A stretch of DNA of 64,000 bases from contig CAWBMP010000002.1 in assembly GCA_963790025.1 (NCBI GenBank), positions 544,001 through 608,000 on the forward strand, in the 5' to 3' direction. Shown here piece after piece: positions 57,313-64,000 of the stretch. Positions within the stretch are counted from its first letter, which is position 1, and each line of letters opens with the position of its first letter. The stretch comes from Nitrospirota bacterium. GTDB taxonomy: Bacteria; Nitrospirota; Thermodesulfovibrionia; Thermodesulfovibrionales; Dissulfurispiraceae. The notes beneath the pieces are model-generated. The model searched no databases and was not told where the DNA came from. It saw only the letters and a program-made list of their open reading frames with translations. Position numbers and translations under genes: made by a program.

Positions 57313-58818
57313 TTATAACTCGAACGCATCAGCAATATTTTCTTCGGTAGGTTCGCAAAAAAACATCTTCCTGTATTCACCGGCGAAGTGCGCTATCTCA
57401 TCAGGGCGGTCCTGCAATAGCTGCTCAAATTTCCGGAGGTAGCGGACCAAAAGCTCGGTCGTGTCAGCTTCGTCCCATACTATCCCCTTGCCATATTCGG
57501 GGAGCGGATTGAAATCAAGCCTTGTCCGGTTTCTTACTGCAATAACCGGAATGCCGAGGCTGACAGCTTCAATAAGCGTGCCGCTCGCGGCGCCGATGAC
57601 TATCTTCGTTCCTTCGAACAGATCATGGATATTGTCATCAACCAATATTAACCCTTGCGGAAGTAACCGGCCAATGGCCGCCTTATCCGCCGCTGGATGC
57701 GGCTTGACAAGGATACCGGTAAATAAATCGCTGTCATTGTTCAGCAGGCTCAGAATACCGTCCGTTCCTTCGTTCTGGGGGAGCAGGACCAAGATTTTCT
57801 CCTGCTTTTTCCTGTGAGGAATTCCCCTGAAAATATGTGAGTATCGTAAAGAAGGACCGACAGCATAATTAAGCCCAGTGTTCTCCGGCATATAAAAAGG
57901 GCCGTTGACCACTATTTTGTCGGGGACAATGCCGAACGCAAGCTCTTTTTCGTCACTTCTGATGTTGAGATCATTGCTGGAGTATAACAAAAGCTGGGCC
58001 CCGTAAATACTGACTTTATCATCAACACTCCTTAATCCCTTATAAAGCGTTTTATTGAGGGCCTTGTTTTCATACCAGCTTATTATTTTTATGCGCGCAT
58101 ACGGGAGTTTTGCAATGCGTTTACCCTGAGCATATCGCGAGAAGCTGTAAAACGTGACATGGTCAAGTGTGTCTATCAGTTCATATTTGAGAAGAGCGGC
58201 ATCATATGAATTTTCTTCAAGTGTCTTCAGGAACCTGAGCACATGAAAAGGATAACTGATCAGAAAAAAGAAAATATACGCCAGGTCGGACATGGAGAGC
58301 AACTGGTATTCCGTCAATAAGCTGACTTTTTGCCGCTTCAGAATTTTCAAAATATCATAAAGGCCCGTGACCCTTTTTGTGCTGTAAAATACAGGCAGGT
58401 ATGCGTAAACAATTTTTCTCTTTTTCAATACGTCCTCGAGTCCGGGGAAATAAGGGTCCACAAAGGCATCGGCATCACGGATATTGTCGACAAGAAAAAA
58501 AGTATCAATCAGAAGCAGTTCCTTATTTTCATCCGGAAAATCGAAGCGGTTGTTTGCGACCATATACTCTATGAATTTCAGGGAGTAAAAAAAGAAGTGC
58601 AGAAAACTTTTTATATAATATTTCAGAAGTTGAAATAATACATATAAAATATTCGGCCTTCCAACGGTTTCACCGCTGACATAGCGCCGCAGAAAGCCGT
58701 TATTGGACGGTTCCTTGCACAAGACCTGATTCGCCATAAGAAAGACATCGTTGAACGCCCGGGAGTTAGCATCCGACAACGCATCGTATGCCTCTTTACA
58801 TCTTCCCCGCAGTACCAT
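57313..58818 (-). CDS. Hypothetical protein with GT-B-like C-terminus (HP motif; capsule/TagF/sialyltransferase-like)
   Basis: C-terminal GPSLRY, VKPHP and SGTLIEAVSLGIPVI. Confidence 0.5.
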   Translation of the reverse strand: MVLRGRCKEAYDALSDANSRAFNDVFLMANQVLCKEPSNNGFLRRYVSGETVGRPNILYVLFQLLKYYIKSFLHFFFYSLKFIEYMVANNRFDFPDENKELLLIDTFFLVDNIRDADAFVDPYFPGLEDVLKKRKIVYAYLPVFYSTKRVTGLYDILKILKRQKVSLLTEYQLLSMSDLAYIFFFLISYPFHVLRFLKTLEENSYDAALLKYELIDTLDHVTFYSFSRYAQGKRIAKLPYARIKIISWYENKALNKTLYKGLRSVDDKVSIYGAQLLLYSSNDLNIRSDEKELAFGIVPDKIVVNGPFYMPENTGLNYAVGPSLRYSHIFRGIPHRKKQEKILVLLPQNEGTDGILSLLNNDSDLFTGILVKPHPAADKAAIGRLLPQGLILVDDNIHDLFEGTKIVIGAASGTLIEAVSLGIPVIAVRNRTRLDFNPLPEYGKGIVWDEADTTELLVRYLRKFEQLLQDRPDEIAHFAGEYRKMFFCEPTEENIADAFEL

Positions 58819-59491
58819 TCAATCCTTCCTGTTTGCTGTCCATGCCGTCCAGACATAGTTTCAGACCGGTCAAATCAGTGACTTTTAAGCAATCGTATCC
58901 CGCAAAAAGGGCCTCGTTGCCGCGTATTCGGGCTATGAATTTCATGCCATGAGCCTTTGCAGCTTCATAATCGCTCAATGCGTCTCCTATGTAAACATAC
59001 TCATTCACTGAAAATTCGTTCGATGATATAATGTTCCCGACAATTTCGCCCTTCGGGCATGGAGCGCCAAAAATACCCTTGAAAAATTGGGCCATTCCTC
59101 GCCTTCTTACAATCTCTGCGATTTCTGCGTGAGGGGTTGCCGAGGCCACGAAAAAGCTTAAAATAGCGTAATTCTCTTCAATGAATTCCCGGGCGCCTTT
59201 GACATAGGGGGCTTTTACCACTTCGTCCACTACCAACTGCGCAAATCTTTCGCATAAAGATCCAAAATCCTTTTCCGAAAGCTGCCTTTTAAGGACCGTG
59301 TCGAAAATATATTTTATCTTCTCAAACCTTGAAACACCGGAATTCTCCAGATGATAATCGACTATCCTGTTTACAGCTTCCGTTCCTTCATCCTGAAAAA
59401 GCGCGGCAAATGCCCTCGTTTTGATGTCCACAGACTCTGCCAACACCCCGTCGAAATCGAAAATGACCGCCTTAATCACCGGAAACACCAC
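58796..59491 (-). CDS. HAD-family phosphatase
   Basis: FDFDGVL, ASAT, K, IGDA..D. Confidence 0.88.
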   Translation of the reverse strand: MVFPVIKAVIFDFDGVLAESVDIKTRAFAALFQDEGTEAVNRIVDYHLENSGVSRFEKIKYIFDTVLKRQLSEKDFGSLCERFAQLVVDEVVKAPYVKGAREFIEENYAILSFFVASATPHAEIAEIVRRRGMAQFFKGIFGAPCPKGEIVGNIISSNEFSVNEYVYIGDALSDYEAAKAHGMKFIARIRGNEALFAGYDCLKVTDLTGLKLCLDGMDSKQEGLNGTAGKM

Positions 59492-60380
59492 CCAGGAGAT
59501 TTTTCACGGCCTGCATTTCCATTTCCACTCGTGCTTCTCTTGCATACGAGCCGATATGCGGCGTCAAAATAACGTTGTCAAGCTCAGTCAGCGGGCCGTG
59601 GTACGGCTCATCTTCAAAAACATCCATTGCAGCGCCCGATAGCTTTCCCCTCTTGAGCGCGTCATACAGGGCATGCTCATCGATAACTCCGCCGCGGGAA
59701 GTATTCACTATCCACGCTCCGTCCCGCATGGAGGCTATTTCGCTTTCTCCGATCAGTCTGTCCCTGACAGGGACATGGAAGGACAGGACCTCTGCCCAGC
59801 CAAGGAGTTCCTTCATGTCCATGCACCTGGAGCTGAAAGGGCATTCCCGGGGAGCGGGGTCCGCATACGCGATTTCACACGAAAACGGCTGCAGCATTTC
59901 CGCCACTTTTCTTCCTATCCGGCCGTATCCTATTATCCCGGCCCTCTTCCCCCAAAGAAGATTGCCCATCTGTTTTTTCCAGGTCCCTCTTCTCATGCCG
60001 GCATCCATGAGAGTGACCTTACGGAGCAGGTCCAGTATCAGCCCGATGGTCAACTCGGCAACGGCCTGCGTAGGCCCATATGGTGTATTGAAAACCTTTA
60101 TCCCGAGGGCAGCAGCGGCTTTCAGGTCAACACTATCCATGCCCACTCCACACCGGGAAATCACTTTCAGCCTTCCCGCGGAATCGAGGACTTTCCGTGT
60201 AAGGGCTTCTGTGCCTGCTATCAGGAAATCGGCATCTGAAAGAAATCCCATTACCTCGTCTTCGGTAAGTTTCCTGCCATGGGGGTTGCACTGGGTCGCG
60301 AGACCTGCTTCTTTCAGCATCAATAAAGGTCTGTCGTCGTATTTCGCGAAAGAGGATGTGGAGATAAATACCTTTTTCAT
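59472..60380 (-). CDS. D-isomer-specific 2-hydroxyacid dehydrogenase (phosphoglycerate dehydrogenase-like, no ACT domain)
   Basis: SRCGVG.D.VD, AVAE, GIIGYGRIG, NTSRGG, DVFEDEP, TPHIGS. Confidence 0.9.
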   Translation of the reverse strand: MKKVFISTSSFAKYDDRPLLMLKEAGLATQCNPHGRKLTEDEVMGFLSDADFLIAGTEALTRKVLDSAGRLKVISRCGVGMDSVDLKAAAALGIKVFNTPYGPTQAVAELTIGLILDLLRKVTLMDAGMRRGTWKKQMGNLLWGKRAGIIGYGRIGRKVAEMLQPFSCEIAYADPAPRECPFSSRCMDMKELLGWAEVLSFHVPVRDRLIGESEIASMRDGAWIVNTSRGGVIDEHALYDALKRGKLSGAAMDVFEDEPYHGPLTELDNVILTPHIGSYAREARVEMEMQAVKNLLGGVSGD

Positions 60381-61270
60381 TCCGAACCGCCATTATGCAT
60401 CTTGTCGAATATCTCCTGCATGCAAAGAAGCAGACCCTGTCCCATGTCGGTATAGTAATGCCTTACATACTTTTTCCCTATCTTGGGCATGAAACTGTAT
60501 GGAGTAATTGTATAGTGAGATATGGGATCGTCCGATTCAGGCTTTATATATTCTATTTTTATGTCTTTTTTCAGGATTTCCCTGATCATAATAAATAGCT
60601 CGTTGACCTTCATCGGATAATGCCCGGTGAATATGACATGCTCATTTCTGAAATCGTCATCAAGTATTTCCACACTTGCCTGGGCAGCATCAAGAACGCT
60701 TATGTATTCTCTTATTTCAGTGCCATCACCATAATATGTTATCACCCCTTCGGTCATCGCCTGCGTTATGTACCGGTATACACTGTTGCGCAAATTCGCC
60801 CTGTTCCCATATACCGTTCCGTAACGCAGTATCGTATATTCCAATCCGAATTGTTTTTGGTATGTCTCGATGTAAAGCTCGCTCGCATATTTGCTGCACC
60901 TGTAAAAAGACCCTGAGTCGCTGTATACATATACGGTGCTGGCATAAACAAATCGCTTGACCTTTTCCCTGACCGCCGCTTCAAGCAGTATGGTATTGCC
61001 GAGGATATTGGTCCGCACCGTCATCATCGGTTTTTTTGAGGCTTCATCGATATCGGCAATACCGGCAAAATTATATATTATATCAACTCCACTGACAGCA
61101 TCCCTCACACGCTCCTCATCAAGAATGTCACCCACAATCATCTCTTGGCCCGGTTTGAGATAGGGAGATTCCGTCAAATCGTAGATGATTACCTTGTGCC
61201 CGGCCGCGGTGAGGGAGTCCGCAACATGGCTTCCCAGGAATCCAGAACCACCAAAAACCGCTACTTTCAT
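60377..61270 (-). CDS. NAD-dependent epimerase/dehydratase
   Basis: FGGSGFLG, ASTVYVY, FYRCSK (YxxxK), LRYGTVYG, REYI.V.D. Confidence 0.88.
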   Translation of the reverse strand: MKVAVFGGSGFLGSHVADSLTAAGHKVIIYDLTESPYLKPGQEMIVGDILDEERVRDAVSGVDIIYNFAGIADIDEASKKPMMTVRTNILGNTILLEAAVREKVKRFVYASTVYVYSDSGSFYRCSKYASELYIETYQKQFGLEYTILRYGTVYGNRANLRNSVYRYITQAMTEGVITYYGDGTEIREYISVLDAAQASVEILDDDFRNEHVIFTGHYPMKVNELFIMIREILKKDIKIEYIKPESDDPISHYTITPYSFMPKIGKKYVRHYYTDMGQGLLLCMQEIFDKMHNGGSE

Positions 61271-61285
61271 ATTCTTCCCTCCCTC

Positions 61286-62776
61286 TTATGAATAACTTTC
61301 ATAATATATTTCTTTGAGTTCTTCAAACATTCTGTTGCCGGCATCATTGAATTTTTCGGCGAGTTTTATTTTATCAAACATGTTTTCCGGCATTTTTGCG
61401 TAGAGAGGAAATGTCCGCTGAAGCCCTTTAAGTTCCTCATACGTAATCGTGTCCATCTTTAGCGGGGCCCCGTCAAGAAGCTGATGGACTTTATCGTTTC
61501 TATCCAGATAACCCTTTTCTATGCAATACTGATAAAGCCTTGTTCCGCGATAGGGAGTAAAGAAGTATACATTCATGGTTGCGGGATTTATCTTCCTGTT
61601 CACACTGATAGTATCAAAGATCAGCTCTCTTGTTTCATCAGGAAATCCGATGATGTTGTTGACCGTGTATGCTATCCCGAATTTTTCGACAATTTTGAAA
61701 GCGTCCATCATCTGTTTATTCGTATACTGCCTATTCAGGATCCTGGCCCTGAACTCTTCGTTGCCGTGCTCTATCCCGAACTGCATATTCTGGCAGTTCA
61801 TGTCCTTCAGTATTCTTATTTTCTCCTCGGTCACAGTTTCGGGCCGCGACTGGCACCAAAAAGGCAGTCCGATCTGGGCATACCTCTCGGCAAATTCCAC
61901 GAGTTCGGAAACCGGCTTCGCCAGAAACGATTCCGCATTAAAATTTATGTAATCGGGCGAATATTTCCCGACAAGATGCTTTATTTCTTCAATCGCACGA
62001 TCAATCTTTTTTCTCCGGTAATACGTCCCACAACCCTGCGCCTGGAACAATCTCCTCAAATGGGGGGCCTCGCAATAAGTGCAGTCATAAGGGCATCCCC
62101 TGTCCAGCTCGACATGTATCATAGTATAGATTTTCCCCTGCATTGGCCTGTAAAGTCTCTTTTTTTCAAATATATCGTAGTCTATAAAGGGCAGCTTGTT
62201 GATATCTGTCAGTTTTCGCATCGGGTTTCTTGTTACCTGCCCGTTCTTCTTAATCCAGAGGTTCTTGACAGAGGAGTAATCTTCTTTTCCACGCATTCTC
62301 TCACACAGCTCCACAAGCGCTTCTTCACCCTCTCCAATACAAATCATGTCTATATTTTCATCGTTTATGACATCCTCAGGTGAAAACGTCACAAATACCC
62401 CTCCTGCAATTACCGGCGCTTCGTAATAGCTTATAGCATCTAAAAGGCGTTTCCCAAGCTCATATGTGTCCTCGACAAGTGTTATCCCGATAAGGTCCGG
62501 CTTATACTCGTTGACCTTCCTGACAAGGTCCTCGCACATGTCGCCTTCCTTATAATGGACCCCCTTTTCTTCATAACTGAACGGTTTCAACTGCAGCAGC
62601 TCAACTTTCTTCTGCTCGAAATTTATGTCTTCCCACTTGTAATATGTTGTGTCGAACAGCTCCACTTCAAATCCGGCCTGCTTCAGACACGGGGCGAGCA
62701 ACGACAGGTTGATCGGCACTAACGTGGCCATTTCCGTATTCGGATAAATGAACAGCACTCTAAAATTTCTTGACAC
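61286..62776 (-). CDS. Cobalamin-binding radical SAM enzyme
   Basis: B12-binding N-terminus (PDLIGIT, AGGVF, CIGEGE), RGCPYDCTYC, FGIEHG, IIGFPDET, PYRGT.LY. Confidence 0.9.
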   Translation of the reverse strand: MSRNFRVLFIYPNTEMATLVPINLSLLAPCLKQAGFEVELFDTTYYKWEDINFEQKKVELLQLKPFSYEEKGVHYKEGDMCEDLVRKVNEYKPDLIGITLVEDTYELGKRLLDAISYYEAPVIAGGVFVTFSPEDVINDENIDMICIGEGEEALVELCERMRGKEDYSSVKNLWIKKNGQVTRNPMRKLTDINKLPFIDYDIFEKKRLYRPMQGKIYTMIHVELDRGCPYDCTYCEAPHLRRLFQAQGCGTYYRRKKIDRAIEEIKHLVGKYSPDYINFNAESFLAKPVSELVEFAERYAQIGLPFWCQSRPETVTEEKIRILKDMNCQNMQFGIEHGNEEFRARILNRQYTNKQMMDAFKIVEKFGIAYTVNNIIGFPDETRELIFDTISVNRKINPATMNVYFFTPYRGTRLYQYCIEKGYLDRNDKVHQLLDGAPLKMDTITYEELKGLQRTFPLYAKMPENMFDKIKLAEKFNDAGNRMFEELKEIYYESYS

Positions 62777-62811
62777 GCATCTCCCTCATAAAATTCACCT
62801 TTGAATAATTG

Positions 62812-63681
62812 TTAGTCTTCCCAATCCTGATAACAATCGGATAATGCAGTATCCTGTTCCAGTATTGCACCCCAGAAACCCTCGTAGTCGATTGCCCTCC
62901 AGAACCGTGAAAGCACCTGGCTTGCGAAAGGCAATCTCTTTGGATACTGATAATAGGTATCGCTGTATATGACCTTCCAGCCCGCGTGACGCATCAGCAG
63001 CGTCCAGTCTTCCGGGTTCAATTCAAATATGTGCTCTTCTTCGGCGAAAATAGGCTTGATAGACCCGGTTCTCAAATGGTGCAGCCCCACACGGCTCTCT
63101 TTCAGATACGGAACAGTCACCACCACCCTCTTGCAAGGCGTCCTCTTGGCCAGCCTCCGGAAAAAAATTGCGGGATTGTGAAGGTGTTCGACCATCTGGA
63201 ATGAAGTAAACAGGTCAACTCTCCTGTCGCCAAGGTCGAGATCCTCGGCACGGCAGAGAACGGCGTTGAGCCCCCGCGTCCTGATTCTTTCTATTGCCTT
63301 CGGATCCAGATTAACGCTGATCGTTTCCACGTCGTACTTCCCTTCCGTAAGCTCTTTCAGGTACAGCATATGCGTGCCCGCCGAATCCCCGATATCTACG
63401 ACCACCAGCGGTCCGGGATCAATGGCCTCGATCGCTTTGAGCATCATCCGGCACTGAAAAGCCTGCAGCCCCCTGCGCTTGACTTCCCAATATTCATTGA
63501 ATACATCTTTCCCGCTTGTTTCCTGATTGGAAATGTCAGGTACTGTCTGCCTGAGCCGCTCCACCAGTTCTTTATTACTCCGCGACAGGGAAACCAGAAC
63601 TGACCACCTGCAGACTGATTCAACCGCCTGCCTCGCGTCAATGCCGAAAAGCGCTAAACATGTCTTGACTAATCCACGCAA
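62812..63681 (-). CDS. Class I SAM-dependent methyltransferase-like protein
   Basis: VVDIGDSAG (variant motif I), VNLD, FQMVEHLHNP, VTVP, EEHIFE. Confidence 0.7.
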   Translation of the reverse strand: MRGLVKTCLALFGIDARQAVESVCRWSVLVSLSRSNKELVERLRQTVPDISNQETSGKDVFNEYWEVKRRGLQAFQCRMMLKAIEAIDPGPLVVVDIGDSAGTHMLYLKELTEGKYDVETISVNLDPKAIERIRTRGLNAVLCRAEDLDLGDRRVDLFTSFQMVEHLHNPAIFFRRLAKRTPCKRVVVTVPYLKESRVGLHHLRTGSIKPIFAEEEHIFELNPEDWTLLMRHAGWKVIYSDTYYQYPKRLPFASQVLSRFWRAIDYEGFWGAILEQDTALSDCYQDWED

Positions 63682-64000
63682 GAACGTCGGCTCCCCTTAA
63701 TACTGGCGACGACCTTTTGCATCTCCCCTGTATTGCCGACGGAAATCCTGGTGTAGCCCTCGAAGCCTTTGACAGCGAGGCTACCTCTTACCAGGATGCC
63801 GTCTCTCCCGAATCCGTCCAGGATTTCATTCTTCCGGGGGCCGAAGTCGACATGTATGAAATTCGCATAAGTGTCTATGGTTCCGAATGAGAGGGCACTG
63901 AACTCATTAATGAGATATCTCTTGCCTTCGGCGGTAGCCCTGATATAGTCGGTCACTATTCCCCAGTTATCCAGAAGCTCCGAAGCAAACAAAACAGCAA
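63669..64000 (-). CDS. C-terminus of a PLP-dependent class I/II aminotransferase (HisC-like), 5' truncated
   Basis: ANFIHV, GILVR and RISVG...EM, typical of HisC/CobD C-termini. Confidence 0.7.
   Translation of the reverse strand, partial: AVLFASELLDNWGIVTDYIRATAEGKRYLINEFSALSFGTIDTYANFIHVDFGPRKNEILDGFGRDGILVRGSLAVKGFEGYTRISVGNTGEMQKVVASIKGSRRSCVD

Noticed and set aside
59575..62383. Long plus-strand ORFs 59575-60492 and 61484-62383, and the other plus-strand ORFs in the track
   Set aside because: All overlap well-supported minus-strand genes and lack family motifs, so they are treated as antisense shadows.
59472..64000. serA and hisC as housekeeping amino-acid genes
   Set aside because: The dehydrogenase lacks a regulatory ACT domain and both genes are coupled to glycan genes, so gene symbols were withheld.

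Overview
The window is the interior of a very large, single-strand (all minus) surface-glycan biosynthesis locus of about 57 genes. Many genes are translationally coupled, and the locus runs off both ends. It encodes: (1) nucleotide-sugar pathways, including RfbF/RfbG/RfbC plus a C-methyltransferase and reductase for a CDP-linked 3-C-methyl-6-deoxyhexose, a WbpB/D/E-like triad, a sugar dehydrogenase and several SDR epimerases/dehydratases; (2) a Wzx flippase and many GT2/GT4 glycosyltransferases; (3) an unusually large tailoring set: nine class I methyltransferase genes/domains, three cobalamin-binding radical SAM enzymes (one fused to a GT4 glycosyltransferase), an FkbH/ACP/MaoC/GNAT/deacetylase cassette, an MBOAT with a partner, an AT3 acyltransferase and an AsnB-like amidotransferase; (4) two separately triplicated polytopic membrane-protein families (~750 aa and ~455 aa) plus a GT-C-like protein, interspersed with three Dol-P-Man-synthase-like GT2s. 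I infer a multi-channel, lipid-carrier-dependent extracytoplasmic glycan-decoration system. The first ~9 kb, and one site at ~13.9 kb, contain frameshifts that look like long-read homopolymer errors rather than real decay. Short CACAGAG/CTCTGTG repeat elements lie in three intergenic gaps. I found no tRNA, rRNA, CRISPR array or transposase. All calls come from motif recognition by eye; no database searches were run.
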